NCBI RefSeq assembly: GCF_009914755.1
Contig: NC_060925.1
Reading direction: 5' to 3' (one strand)
DNA length: 64,000 bases
From: the human T2T-CHM13v2.0 reference genome, Homo sapiens
Part shown: positions 18,525 through 50,690 of the stretch, in pieces
Layout of the letters: every line of letters starts with the position of its first letter
Position numbering within the stretch: the first letter of the stretch is position 1
The notes under the pieces: model-generated
Told to the model about the DNA's origin: nothing
What the model saw: the letters and a program-made list of their open reading frames with translations, nothing else
The model's database searches: none
Program-made: the position numbers and the translations under genes

Positions 18525-18640
18525 GGCTGGGCACGGAGGCTCAAGCCTGTAATCCCAGCACTTTGGGAGGCTGAGGCGGGCAGATCACTGGACGCCTCCC
18601 GAAGTGCTGAGATTACAGGCATTAGCCACCGCACCCGACC
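18525..18640. repeat. Two oppositely oriented Alu 5' ends forming an inverted repeat
   Basis: ggctgggcacggaggctcaagcctgtaatcccagcactttgggaggc / 22-nt spacer / gcctcccgaagtgctgagattacaggcattagccaccgcacccgacc. Confidence 0.88.
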
Positions 18641-19292
18641 AAAAATGGACCATTTAAAACGTTTTCTCACATTATGCTAATGAACTGCAAAAGGATCTAT
18701 TTTGATTTCTTGTATATCCACTTTCCACAATTTCATTTGATCCTCCACTTTGTCAGACAAGGATATTTACACCCGATTTTTCCTCCTCTCCATGTCACAA
18801 CATCTATCAGTTTCACTTTTTAACTTTTTCACGTGTTAGTGCTTGTTAACATTTGTGTTCTGTCTTGCCAACACAACCAAGTCTTGGGTGAGATGTCTGC
18901 AGCTTGACTTTAAAAGTCAGAAACCCATGAACGGCTTCCCATTATGATACCATTCTCAGGTTTGTTGCCTGGTCCAGTAGTGAGCTGTACACCATTCTTC
19001 CAAACGTGAAAAAAAATCTGTCATGTTCCACTGATTGCTTAACGTTATGACACATTTCATTTGCTTCATTTGCGGGCCATTATTTCTTGTATACGCTTGT
19101 TTTTCCTAGAGTGTCTAATTGCCTTTCTTTTCCTTTTTTTCTTGCATGACTTGTGTTAATCCTTTTCTTAATTATTTTTTAAGCTCTCAATTATTCCATC
19201 TATTCTATTAAATCTCCTTTTTTCACCAGAGATCTTTCTCTGAGCACGCTCTGCCTTCCTGATCTAAACTGGACAGATGGTTGCTCACTGGC

Positions 19293-19596
<304 letters not shown>

Positions 19597-20298
19597 CAGC
19601 AGCTTTTTGAAAGCAATTTTCCCTCTGTCTTATCCCCAGTCCTTACTCTGTCCTCAGGCAGGTCATCTCAGCTCCTCTGAACTCTGGTTTTTCCCTCCTT
19701 CCTGGTTAGTCTCTACCTGAATCATTTCTTCTTCTGATTATTACTCCTGTCATTATGGAATTTTGCTTAACCTCAGTTTGCCCATCTCTAAAAGTAGCCT
19801 AGATCTTTCCAGAATATAACTTCAGCAGAATTTGGAAGAAGGTGATGGGCTCATATTGAAAATGTGCCTCAGAATTCCCAGAATGTGACATAAAATGAAG
19901 GGATTGATTTCATTGTTAATTTATTCTGACTTTTCCCTGGTTTTGACTAATTATCCATCCTGCGGGCAAGGTTAATTTTTGAATTTGATATCATTGTATA
20001 GGGTTCAATCAGAAAAAAAGATAATCAAGGTTAAATTGCTATACAATTAAGTTGTAGTTTTCTTTCCCTACCTAAAGTGGAAACATTAAGGATTTAATTC
20101 TTTAACATTAAAATTAATCCAAATATTGATAAATCTATCAACAAGTTTTTAAGGGAGATAATTTAATGCATAATCCCTGCTGGGTGCTTATTAAACATGA
20201 GGCTGCATATTCCAGGGGACAGAATTTGTGTTTGAATCAGGTGCTTCGTTGGAAAGATTTTGGCTTAATTCAACACATTTTTTAAAAAGGAAAAACAA

Positions 20299-20597
<299 letters not shown>

Positions 20598-20850
20598 AAA
20601 AACAAATTGGATGTGCAAATCTTCTTTGTAAGAAAAGGGAAAAAATCATTTTATTATGAGCAGTAAATCAAGAAATCAAGTTCTTACATCTATGAGTCCT
20701 TAGGGGCAGACTGAAAAATCTCACGGTATCTCACTTCATGTCATGAAGCAAATGGTGGTGGGTTAAGTTCTAAATTTGCATGAAAAATTCAGGGCAGAAA
20801 TAAATTAGGGTAAATTGAGGGATGTCAAAATCATATAAAAATTAAGATGA

Positions 20851-21466
<616 letters not shown>

Positions 21467-21732
21467 GGACTTTTAATATCTTTAAGAAGTATTTTTGCCT
21501 TCATCAACACAAACCTTTGGACATATGTGCAAGTAACTACAAGAAAAATTACCAGTTCATCAAATGTTTGACTTGCCTGCCATTCTGTCACGTGGTAAAT
21601 AAGGAAGAAATCCTCTCTCTTACCACCTTCCCAGATGAAATAGTTCATAGTTCTAGGCAAGTCGGCTAGGAGCTGTTTGTAAAGCAGAGCTAGGTATACA
21701 GACAGATGCCATCCCAACGATAATGCTTATCA

Positions 21733-22069
<337 letters not shown>

Positions 22070-22723
22070 TCATGGGCTCCCCCCCTTAATTTATAGTGCA
22101 ATAAAAGCAGTAATAAATGTAGGTGCACTTCACCTTTGCAAAGAGTTACCATTTTTACGATTTTGACAAGTTCACACTCCTGGTTTTACCTTCACACTAT
22201 CCCAGGCTCAAGTATTTAATATTTAACAATCTGTATTCTATAAATAATAGATGTGCCTGTCCTCACAACTGAAGATCAGCAGCAGATTTTATTGTTGACA
22301 AGAGTGATAATGTTCTCTCACCTGCTTAACTTTTTATGTTACTATTAATTTCCCCTTTGTGGCCGAGGGTCCAGGGAGGGGTTTGGGTCATTCTGGAGAC
22401 AAATGGGCTGTAATAAGGCACCTGGAACCAAGCATTTGGAGAAGCATGGATAACTCTATGATCATTTCAGCAGTCTAAGGTCACAGACTCATGCAAATGG
22501 TGGAGCTGGGTGGAGTCATCCTCTCACTTCCTATGACAGTGAGGCAGCTGCAGGTCTCCATCCAACAAACACTGGGCTAATGCCTACTAAGTGCAAAGAA
22601 GACCCTGTGGGACAGTTGTCTGTGAAGGGATTTGGCCAAGGTCAGACAGCTAATTCTTGGAAGAGTGAGTGAAATTCAATTCAGTTCAATAAATGGTTGG
22701 AAAACATTAAGAAAGAGAGTCCT

Positions 22724-23506
<783 letters not shown>

Positions 23507-24163
23507 TTATGTACATTTTTATATAAGGAAAACAAAGCTCGTAGAAGCCACGACTTGCCCAACGCCACCGTGTACCATTGGCAGTGGCAGGACCAGAGAG
23601 AGCCTAGCCCCGGCCATTCGTCCAGCGCCTTCCTTAGGATGTTCCCAAATTGGAAAGTAAGGCTGGAAACAAGAACGAAGGAAGCCAAGGAGTTTCTGCT
23701 GATACCATGATACTGACGGCCAAATAGGAATTTGGAAACAAACTCCAATTCCCTCGCCTATTTCCTTTTCCCTCTTGCATAGTTTACTGCTGACTATGCA
23801 ATGGTTGGAAGAATTAGGCTCGATACTGGCTTCAGCCCGTCATCATCCTTACGGCTCTGAGGATCCCAGATCTTGTTAAATAATCCTCTGTAGCGTTTAA
23901 TTGTGTCTTTGGGGAGGCTTGGATGAGGGGAGGCAAGCGAGGTGCTTCCAGTGCAGACTGTAAGGGGGTGCTCACTCTCCTGCTGCGCACACGCAGGGTG
24001 GGCACCCTCGAGTGGAAACCTCTGGAGACGCTGTACCTGGCTTCCTGGCTTCCTGGCTTGCCTCCCCCAGTCCTGGCTCTGGCCTTGGGTGCCCACCAAG
24101 CCTGCTGCTGGGGACGTGCTAGGTGCAGGGAGAGTGGTGTAGAGCTGAGTATTCCCACCTTAG

Positions 24164-24583
<420 letters not shown>

Positions 24584-24847
24584 TAGAAGACAGAGAGTTC
24601 CCACAGAGGAATTCTCTTCCCCTTCCCAGGGCCTGTCATTGCAACTCAGGGGGGCATTTTCACCCAGAGAAAGGGGCCTCAGGGGAGTAGTACAGAAAAT
24701 GAGGGAATTCTCTCCCTGCTCTCGCCACAGCCTCTGCATGTTCACTGGGGCAAGTGGCTCCTCTTTCCCATCCAGGATTTCTGGCATTGGAAATTGGAAA
24801 ACAGTCAGGTGACGTGTCTCATCAGGCCTGTAAGAAAATATTATCTG

Positions 24848-27120
<2,273 letters not shown>

Positions 27121-27503
27121 CTACCATTTAGAAGGGTTTTCCCTGCACTGTAGTTAGAAAGAATCATCACTGATACATTAAAAGATGCCACGCCAAAAGA
27201 ACAGTTGGTTTGATCTCACTCACGCAAACATTGGAAAAGCGAGCCTCGTGTTTGACTAGTGTTTAAAAACAACAACACTTGGCATCTTCGCCACTATTTT
27301 CCTCTGCAGAGAAACTTTGTACAAGAGGAGAAGGGTTTCAATATTGATGTTCTAACCGTTAGAAATTGTGTAAATCATCTGGTTGTGTTATGCTTGCCAG
27401 AGCAACTGCACATGTGTGCATGGAACTGGTGGAATACCTGTGATGAAACGCTTGGATGTGATCCTCGCTGTTTGTATGTGTGCATAATAAATAAACATAG
27501 ACA

Positions 27504-29549
<2,046 letters not shown>

Positions 29550-29629
29550 TTCTGTACTTCTTTCTCCACAGAAACTGTGCTCATCAAAATTCCCAGTAAC
29601 ACCCAGGTTGGATACACATGTGTCCTCTA

Positions 29630-30960
<1,331 letters not shown>

Positions 30961-31470
30961 GCTCTAGCTGGAATTTTCTGTGGCCTTTAACTCTATGGTA
31001 CTTCCTCCTGAAAACCCCTGCTCACTTCCTTTCTCCACATTCCCTGATTTTCTTTTCAACTTTTCTGTTTTTTTTTTTCTTCTCGGTCTCCAACCACCTC
31101 ATTGACATCAGCATCACCCAGGGCTGCATCTGAGGCCCCTAGCTTCATAATCTCATACACTCTATAGAGCCACCTACTTTGTTACTAAAACTTCATTGAT
31201 ATTCTCACTTTACCTCACTTGAATGGTGGAGATGCTCAAATCTGTAACCCCCAACCAGACCCATACATCCAACCATCCACTAAACACAGAAATTAAAAAA
31301 TATTTGGAAACTAATATTTGTGTCAGGGACTGGGGTGAGTGGCTTACAAGCACTTTGTCATTTCCACTTTGTTTCTAATCATTGAACACTCTCACCAACC
31401 CTATGAGGTAGGTTCTAGTATTAATCCCATATAGCCATTGAGGAAACTGAGGCTTCAGGAAACACCTGGT

Positions 31471-31851
31471 TGATATGGTTTGGATTTGTGAACTCATCCA
31501 AATCTCACGTTGAATTGTGATCCCCAGTGTTGGAAGAGGGGCCTGGTGGGAAGTGATTGGATCAAGGGGGTGGTTTCCCTCTTGCTGTTCTTGCGATAGT
31601 GAGTTCTCGTGAGATCTGGTTGTTTAAATGTGTGTAGCGCCTCACCCTTCCCTCTCTCTTCCTCCTGCTCCAGCCATGTGGGGCGTGTCTGCTTCCTCTT
31701 CACCTTCCACCATGATTGTAAGTTTCCTGAGGCCTCTCCAGCTATGCTTCCTATACAGCCTATGGAACAGTAAGCCAATTTAACCTCTTTTCTTTATAAA
31801 TGACCCAGTCTCAGGTAGTTCTTTATAGCAATGTGAGAATGGATGAATATG
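31471..31851 (+). mobile_element. MSTA/MSTB MaLR solo LTR inserted in a MIR
   Basis: tgatatggtttggat...ccaaatctcacgttgaattgt...tctttatagcaatgtgagaa; MIR core gaggaaactgaggct before it and tgctcaaggtcataca after it. Confidence 0.85.
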
Positions 31852-32483
31852 CTTGCTCAAGGTCATACAAGTGGTGAGTAAGTTTGAAACCAGACTCAAA
31901 CCAAGCCCACCCTAGTCCAAAGCCCACGTGTTTCACCACACCCCACCCCTAACCCCTTTATAACCATCTACTGACTATTCCAGACTTTGCATTTCTCATT
32001 CTGAGTTGTACGTATGTGTTTTCTTCCCTGTCTGTACCACTGGAATAGAATGTTTGAGGACAGGGACAATACTTTTTATTTTTATTTACTTTTATATTAA
32101 CAGGTCTAAGCATAGTGTTTGGTGTCAGATAATATATCTAACTAGTGTTTGTTTAATATATGAATGAATGAGTGAACTGCATGCATTTCATACTATTATT
32201 CATGATCCCATAATACCAGCGTCAATGTTAGACATGCATGTCACATAAACTTCTATTAAAGAAATTAACATGATTCATCTTTTTGTCTTAGAGATAAACT
32301 TTTATGATGAAATGTTATTTATGGGGAGAATCTCACAGGATGAGAACTGATACATTTTTCCTCTCTGGACGTGGGTAGAAATGACAGAGAAATCATTCTC
32401 AGATGCTAAGGAGAGTAGAAATTTAAACTTTTAATTTCACTATTACTCAATTACTGTGCACTATTACTCAAAATATCTAATAA

Positions 32484-33650
<1,167 letters not shown>

Positions 33651-34555
33651 ACTACTTGTGTGAGCTATAGCACTCGGCCTGTGGTTTCTTATGTATCAGC
33701 CCAGGGTATGCTCTGCACTCACAAGCATTTATAAATATCTCCCCTCCCCTGCTTTTTTCTAAAACAAATGGTAACACCTGGTTTTGTGCTTGGATTTTTT
33801 TTTTTTTTTTTTTTTTTTTCCACTTTGTGCTAGATCCTGGCAATTGTTCCATGAGCACATGGAGGGCAGCCTCATGTGTCTTCATAGATAACCAGCACTG
33901 CTCCAACTTTCCTATCAAAGCACCTGGAATGAGAGAAGCACACAGATTGCAGCAAGGACATTTATTTGAAATCTTCAATTTTATTTGCATTTCATGCCAA
34001 CTTTCTATTCCGCTTCCCAATGCATTTGTGCTTATTTTAATATAAAAATCATAGTTTAAAACAGATGCTCTAGGCAGGTGCACCTTGTTTATCCTGAGGC
34101 TTACACCCCTCTGCAGGCACGTGCACCCTGATTTAAGAAGGACAGACACGTGAACTGATGAGATTATTCCAGTGATACGGTGAGGAAGGCAGGATAGGAA
34201 TCATCAGCCCCTTCTAAAGATGAAGAACCTGGTGATCAGCAATGCTGAGTGCCCTGCCCCGGGTGCCACAGCTTGTGAAGATGCAGCCAGGAGGACACAC
34301 AGCACTGCTGCTCTGTCCTGATAATTGGTCACACTGCCTCTCAGGATACAGACTCATAAATGCCGTGCCCATACATGCAAACTAAAGAAGGCAGAAATGC
34401 AGGAGCTTGAAGGACTAACTGCAGCAGGGTTTACATGGAAGAGATACTTGCATTAAATATTTCGCTGATGGTCAGAACCTTCATGGGTGTGTAACCTTCA
34501 TGGGTGTGGCAGGAAATGGAATTGGTACTCTTTTGTTTTAAAAACCAAACTTGCA

Positions 34556-36320
<1,765 letters not shown>

Positions 36321-38678
36321 AAAAGATAAAATGAATTAATGATCCAAATCATGACTTACAGGTGGTTCCAAATGGTTTTTTGCTTTTGTGTTCTTGCTTT
36401 TAAACACAAGCTTCTCTTGTAGATTGCCTTGCTTGATAAGATATTCAAGAAAAAGTGGCAGAGGTGGGTTCATATCAGGCTTCCCTAGGTATGCAAGTGG
36501 TTCCAGGTGCCTGGCATAGCCAGTTTGGAGGCTCAGGGCTCTGACAGCGCTCAGAACTATTCCTTTCCTAGGATGTGTACTTCCGGAGACCACCCAGATT
36601 CAGAGAAGAGCTCGGATTCTCCTAGTGCTGTTAGCACTGTTTTGCCTCTTGGCAGGGAGGATGAGGGGTAAGGCTGAGTGGTCAATGCCTGGGGGGTGTT
36701 GGGCGGCGGCTTCCCAGGCCCTCTAGGCTACTGGGTTGCAGAGAGTACTGGAGCCGCTGTGGATCCCAGCTGTGACTCATCCGCCTCCCTGAGTTTGCTC
36801 TCAGAATGTGCTCTCTGGACTTTTTCAGGCAAGTCTGAGTGGCTCATTGCAGATACCCATCATTAACGTGCCTTTCGCGCTTCTTAATTCCCTCCAGAAC
36901 TTTAACAATCATTGCAAACACGGAAAGGGTATTCTTCCCAGAGAAAGACATTCATCATGACTGTACCCAACCGCTGTCTCCAGTGCAGGAATTGCTTCAG
37001 TTGCCAAGGGGGAGACGGAGCCAACAGGTATTTTTAAAGAGGCTCTATGCACTGGAGGCTCGAAAAGAAAATATCCCCTTTGAGCATTTAGTCACACACA
37101 TCAAAGGAAACAACAGTTTCCATCTTCATTTGCATCGTACAGGCATTAGATGTGGTCCAGTTACACCAAGCTCTGCTTGAAAAGGCAGAAGTGCCAGTAC
37201 TTTTCATGCCTTGACTGAGACAGAGAGAAAATGCAGCCAGGCAAATAATATATCACCCTGCCAAGGCATTTTCCATTTTTAAAAGGACAGAACAATTTTA
37301 CGTTATTTCTGGAGCCTCTTTGCAGCAAATATCCCTTGACATCTGTTCTAGCACCCAGGCTGGCCCGTCTAAAAGCACTGGCTGGTCCCAGCCTGCTGCT
37401 CCTGGGTGTGCGCCGGGGACCACATTCTGCCTTGTGATCTTGAAGCTCCAGACGTAAAGGGGCAGGTGACCTGTTTTTTTTTTTTTGGAGCACAGGCAGA
37501 CCGACCTCAGCTCTGCAAAAGTGGCCAATTAAGGCACCACCCTGGTGGAAAGAACATGGCGTTTCAGGTCACTTGAAGAGGCTGGATGGAGAATCAACAC
37601 TGAGCTTTGAGCCGGTGCAATGAAAATATGCTTGGGAGGGCTTGACGTTTTTCAGTGAAGCTCCCAGGAGGCCCAAGAGGGTTCAGAAATAAGACAATGA
37701 ATTGTGCTCAGCCTTGATGGTGAGACCTCGTGGGGAAGGGAGAAACACACACCACTTCTGGAATAAATTAGCACAAGACGCCTGGTGAAGGTGACAAGTA
37801 AACAAGATTTGGCACATCTGGAGAATGAAGATTGAGCTATTTGGTAAAATTTCCCGTACTGTTCCTTCCAAGGAGGCCTACGATCCACTTCTGGCCAAGT
37901 GTGAGATCCTTTTGTTAGAGGGCGAACTGTGAATTTTATTGTTTCTAATCCTCAGCCCTGGCTGGCCTGAAAAATCTCAGGGTGCTGAATGATTAATTCC
38001 AACCTGCCCTAGAAAACGTTAGTCAGCTGGCAAAAGGAAATAGCCCAACTCGAAGGCAAAAGAGCAAATTGACTTTATCTGGGAGTGATTGTGTTTGACA
38101 AGAGGAAAAAGAAAGACATCTTTTGTCACTGAAGAAAATTGTGCTTTGAGAATCTTTGCACAAGTCTTAAGGCTGTGCTTTACACAGCTGCTTGAATTAA
38201 CATGGAAATAATCCCAGCACCCCCTTTGCCCTTCCAGATAGAGAGCAGGGAAACAAAACTACATTTTCATACATTTACTACAGCAGAGTTTTAGAAATCA
38301 GGAGTTCCAGGTCTACTCAAGAGCAGCACTTTCATCAGCTAGGAAATTCTCTTTCAAGAAAACTATTTTTGAATTGCTATTTACTACTAAAATTTTAATT
38401 TTTCTTTTAAGTATTGTCACATAGGCAGCCTGATTCTTTGTGGGTGGAAAAGCGAGGCAGATGGGCGTCTCCTCCCATCAAAAAGGAGCCAATTTCCATT
38501 CCAAAAGGGTAAAAAGATCAGTATTGTTAAAATCATTCTTCTGGTTTAACATTTATCTCATGCCCACAGCATCCCAGTATGCCTAGAACTTGAAAGAACA
38601 CGTCATAGGCAGGAAAACAGATGGTTTTGACTCAATCTATGATATAGATTTTTCTGTTTACATTTTTTCCCTTTATCA

Positions 38679-41281
<2,603 letters not shown>

Positions 41282-41659
41282 TGATTACTCCCAAATTTGT
41301 ATGTCTAGCCACAGCGTCTCTCAGGGGAATATGTACGTCAGATGCATATATTCAAATGCCTTCTTGATTTCTCCACTTGGATATCTAATAGGCATTTCAG
41401 CATTAGAATGTCCCAAGTGGAAATGTGGATTCCCACCCACTCCTAACTCTGTTCCTCCCCGAGTCTTTAAATGCAACACCATTAACTCAATTGTTCAGGC
41501 CCAAATCCCAAGAGTCAAATCTTGGCCCAGTGCATTTCTTTCTATGTCTCACATTCAATCCTTCAGCAAAACCTGAGCAATCATTTCTACTTTCAACATG
41601 TAGCCAAATCCACCTACCTCTTAACACCACCACACCACCATCTTAGTCTAAGACCTGGA

Positions 41660-41835
41660 CTCTGTTTTTGTGAATAAAGTTTTATTGGAACATAGGCATG
41701 TCACCTCTCTGCCCCCCTTTTTTTTTTTTACATGTTGTCATGGTTGCTTTTGTGCCACAATGGCAGAGTTGAGAAGTTGTGACAGAGGCCATAGGGTTTG
41801 CAAAACTTAAAATATTTACCATCTGGTCCTTTACC
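41660..41835. mobile_element. MER58A (hAT-Charlie) fossil
   Basis: tttttgtgaataaagttttattggaaca...ggcagagttgag...aaaatatttaccatctggtccttta. Confidence 0.75.
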
Positions 41836-41843
41836 ACCCTTGA

Positions 41844-42600
41844 TGTGGTGGGCTGAATAATGGCATATAAGATACCAAGTCCTAATCCCTGGAACCTGTA
41901 ACTATTCCCTTTTTAGGAAAAAGTCTTTGCGGACATGATTAAGAATCTTGAGATGGGGCTGGGCGTGGTAGCCCTCGCCTGTAATCCCAGCACTTTGGGA
42001 GGCCAAGTTGGGCAGATGGCTTGAGGCCAGGAGTTCCAGACCAGCCTGGCCAACATGGCAAAACCTCTTCTCTACTAGAATTACAAAAATTAGCTGGGCG
42101 TGATGGCACACACCTATAATCTCAGCTACTCGGGAGGCTGGGGCACGAGAAGTGCTTGAACCCAGGAGGCAGAGGTTTCAGTGAGCTGAGATCACACCAC
42201 TGCATTCCAGCCTGGACATCAGAGTGAGACTTGAGATGGGAAGATTATCCTGGATTATCTTGGTAGGCCCTAAATGCCATCACGTGTCCTCTTTAGAGAG
42301 AGGCAGAGGGAGATCTGACACATACACAGGGGAGAGAGGGCAATGTGAAGATGGAGCAGAGAGAGATTTGAAGATGCTAGCCTTGAAAATTGGAGTGATG
42401 TGGCTACAAGCCAAGGAATGCCGGCAGCCACTAGCAGTTGGAAGAGGCAAGGAATGAATTCTCCCTAGAGCCTTTGGAAGGAGTGTGGCCCTGCCAACAT
42501 CTTCATTTGGCCCAGTGAAACTGACTTCAAACTTCTGGCCTCCAGAACTGTAAGGGAACCACTAAGGTAATTTGTTACAGCAGCCACAAGGAACTAAGAC
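41844..42600 (+). mobile_element. MLT1C/D solo LTR interrupted by an Alu (41957-42230)
   Basis: tgtggtgggctgaataatgg...cctaatccctggaacctgt...gattatcctggattatc...ggcctccagaactgtaag...tttgttacagcagcc. Confidence 0.82.
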
Positions 42601-42980
42601 CCCTCATCTAAGCCACCATCAAGTCTTGATGTCTAATAATGTCCTAACTAGTCTCTCTGCTTCTCTGGCCTCCTTAAAGTCTGTCCTCCACATTATGGCA
42701 TAGCGATCCTTTTAAAACACCAGGGAGATAACATTCCCAGCTAAATACCTTACATTGTTTTCCTAGCACCCTCAGAGTTAAATCCAAATATTTTGCCATG
42801 GAGTTGGAGGTCCTGTGTGGCCTGCTGATTCCTCCCTGGATTCACATGTCAGCAGTCCTTCCACACCTCCCTGCAGTTCCTACAGGACACTGACTGTGCA
42901 CCTGCCACCCCACCCATAACCGCGTGGCTCACTCCCACTTCCTTCAGGTCTCGGAGAGAACTTCCTGACTCACTCTTCTA

Positions 42981-46596
<3,616 letters not shown>

Positions 46597-47067
46597 TGAG
46601 CTTCTAAGTGTTTAAGCTTCTGAAATGGGTTTACTCCATGCTTTCCTCTCCCAATCCAGTAATATGGAAGCTTCGGTAACTTCCAATTTAAGGAAGCAAG
46701 TCCAAGCACTTTTATTTTTATCACCACCAGTAATATAAACAGCCACTTTACTTTGGAAAGCTGACCAGGAAGAAGCCTCTTTTGCACCTCTTTGGGGTCA
46801 AAAAGTAACAATTTAATATTCCCACTATTTCCCTTATATGTTCTGTTTCTGGACAGTAAAATTCTTTCCTTGAAGGACATTAGGGCCAAAATGGGCAAGG
46901 ATTCCGAGATTGGTACATCGAGCGTTATCTTCCAACTCTCTTTTCTAAATGGGCTCATTTAGTAATGCAAGCTGCTTCCTTTACTTGAAATGCCCATCTC
47001 TTGGTTACCCTCCCAAGCAAACAGAAACACCAACCAGCCAGCCCCAAAAAGATCTCATTCTCTAGCC

Positions 47068-48248
47068 CAGTGGTTCCCAAACTCTTGAGTCTCAAGATCT
47101 TTTTCCACACTTAAAATTTAAGGATTCAAGCTGGGCGCGGTGGCTCACGCCTGTAATCCCAGCACTTTGGGAGGCTGACGCCAGCGGATCACGAGGTCAG
47201 GAGTTTGAGACCAGCCTGACCAACATGGTGAAACCCCGTCTCTACTAAAAATACAAAAATTAGCCAGGTATGGTGGCGGGTGCCTGTAATCCCAGCTACT
47301 CAAGAGGTGAGGCAGGAGAATCGCTTGAACCCGGGAGGCAGAGGTTTCAGTGAGCCGAGATCGTGCCACTGCACTCCAGCCTGGGCAACAGAGTAAGACT
47401 CCGTTGGAGACCATCATGGACAACGTGGCAAAACCTCATCTCTACAAAAAATACAGGTGGGCATGGTGGCGCCCACCTGTATTCCTAGCTACTCAAGAGG
47501 CTGATTGCTTGAGCCCAGGAGGTTAAAGCTGCAGTGAGCCTTGATTGCACGGCACTCCAGCCTGGGCAACAGAGTGAGACCCTATCTCAAAAGAACAACA
47601 AAAAAGAGAATAAACCCATTACATGTCAACATAAATCCTATTTTTATGAGAAATACCTACATTTTCTAAAATAAAATTAGTGGTAAGTGTGAGATTGTTT
47701 TAGTTTTGCAAATCACTTTAATATCTGACAGTAGAAGACTGCTGGATTCTTCTCTGCTTCTGAATCTTCTGCATTCAGCCTGTTGTGAGATCACGTATCT
47801 TGCAGCCTCTGGAAAACACTGCACACAGAGTGCAGTGTTGGGAGAAATTGACATATCATTGCTATAAAAATAGTTCTGAAGTCAGGTGTGGTGGCTTATG
47901 CCTGTAATCCGTGCACTTCAAGAGGCTGAGGTGGGAGGATCACTCGAGCTCAGGAGTTTGAGACCAGCCTGGGCAACAAGGTGAGACCCTGTCTCTACAA
48001 AACTTAAAAATTAGCTGGGCATGGTGGTGCATGCTTGTGGTTCTAGCTACCGGGGAGGCTGAGGTGGGAGGATTACTGCAGCCCAGGAGTTCGAGGCTAC
48101 AGTGAGCTTTGATGGCACTACTGCACTCCAGCCTGGGCGACAGAGCAGGACCCTGTCTAAAAAAGTTTTGACTTTTGGGTCCCTTGAGTCTTGGGGCTCC
48201 CTCTGCTCAACCAAGGTCCCTAGAGAACCACTGTTTTGAGAACCACTG
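47068..48248. mobile_element. Charlie1-type hAT fossil split by Alus (47130-47600, 47881-48165)
   Basis: Inverted termini cagtggttc...gaaccactg; internal aataaacccattacatgt...aacataaat. Confidence 0.6.
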
Positions 48249-48459
48249 TTGTGGCCTGAGGCTAAGGTAATTTCAATGGTGATGGTGTTGAGGCCCAGGT
48301 GATGTTTGTGACCTTCTCCGGTGTTCCCATCGCACCTGTCCTGCTGCTGCTTATGTTTGTGAACCTGGCCAAGTTGGGAGTCTCTTGAAGGAAGACACTC
48401 AACTTTATTCACCTTTCTTTCAATTTAAATGAGTGTTTTAATGATAAAAGTAACATAGA

Positions 48460-49168
<709 letters not shown>

Positions 49169-49249
49169 TGTATCGGTCTTTTTTAAAATGCAGTTTTTTT
49201 AGCCTATCATCTCACCTCATAAATGAACACCATAATTTTGGGTATTGCC

Positions 49250-49640
49250 CCCTCTATCTAGCAATGGGTGATTTTCTGTTTCTGATGTCTACAACTACCA
49301 TAATGTTCCACTGTGTAGATGTAACACAATTTACTAAATACCCAATATTAGCACATGTAGGATGCTCCCAATTTTTTGTTGTAGTTAAGTACAGTGATCC
49401 TGTGAAGAATACCTTCACACATACAGCTTTTCTGGCATTTAGTGTTATTTCCTTAGAACAGATTCCCAGAAGTAAGATCACTGGGTCAAAAGATGCAGAC
49501 ATTTTTATGGCTTTTAATACATACTGTAAAATTGCTTTTCGAAAGGAATATACTAATTTACAATGCCACCAGCACTTCTTTTAAGAATCCGTTTCTCCAC
49601 ACAAATCGTCAACATAGGTGCTATTAAGAATGCTAATCGA
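49250..49640 (-). mobile_element. Old L1M fragment
   Basis: tatttccttagaacagattcccagaagt...actgggtcaaa; minus-strand ORF remnant FDPVILLLGICSKE. Confidence 0.65.
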
Positions 49641-49729
49641 TAAAATATTGTCCCGCCGTTGTTAAAATTTTGCAATTTTTGAGGCTCATAAAATTAAAGT
49701 TTCTTGACGAATGAGTGTGTAACACAAAA

Positions 49730-50690
49730 CATTCTTTTGGGACATCTTTATTTCTGGAAAACCTAAGACATTCTTACTTGTGAAGACCAGAAAAAGAACA
49801 CATGTTGTTAGGATTGGCACAGAATTCAGTGTGACAGTCAATCTTAATGCCAGAACACTTGAACGAGGATTTTTCACTTATTTTGCTAGTTGTCACCAAC
49901 AGTAGCAAAAGGAAAAATAAAATGCGGAAGAATGAAATGTTCTTACTGCAAACCGTACAAGATCACATTGAGGGGCTGGAGCTCTTACATTCAACTTTTC
50001 TTTCCTTTTTCTTCTTTTTAAACAATTTGCGATTGCAGCCTCTCCTTTTGTTTCCGGTATTACCTGCCCAGGAGCAGAATTCCTTACTTTCTCCGGAGAG
50101 AGGCCGGTCCCTGGGAGCGCTGCCCAGCCACCCGCACGCCTAGCCGCCCCGAGAGCCGCACTCGGCGGACCCGGTTCCTAGGCTCGTTCCCGGGGCACCT
50201 GGCGGGCGCCCACCTCCCGGGGGGCACGTGCTCCCGTACGCAGCGCGAGGGCAGCGGGTGCCTGGCTATTTATTAGGAAAAGCCCCGCGCGGACTCTCCG
50301 GATTGAGGAGGGTGGGAAACTCGGCTGCCCAGCGCTCCACCCGGGCGGCCGGGGCTGGCGCTTCTCTGCTTTCGGCCGGCGGCCTCATCCTGGGACAGGC
50401 AACCATGAGTCATCCGCTCCGCGGGTCACATGGGCAACGTGACCAAAATAAAGTTTCGGTATTTTAAGCCGCCAGAAAAGGGGACAACGGAGCTCACCGG
50501 GGGCGGGCACAGGAGGCGGGCGCAGGCGGGCGGCGCCGGGGCCGTGGGGACGCGGCGCCGAGGGGGCGGGGCCTGGCGGGAGGCTCGCCCCTCCCCCACG
50601 GCCGGCAGCGACGCCCGGACTCCTAGGCAGTCGGACTCCAGGGCGCGGCACCCCTGCGGACCTCAGCCCCGAGGCCCCCCGCGTCCGGCT
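49730..50690 (-). ncRNA. CAMTA1-DT: Divergent lncRNA from the CAMTA1 promoter (boundaries approximate)
   Basis: Existence is recalled from annotation. The sequence shows a minus-strand donor CCG|GTGAGC (50498/50497) and minus-strand AATAAA at 49747-49752 and 50269-50274. Confidence 0.5.
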
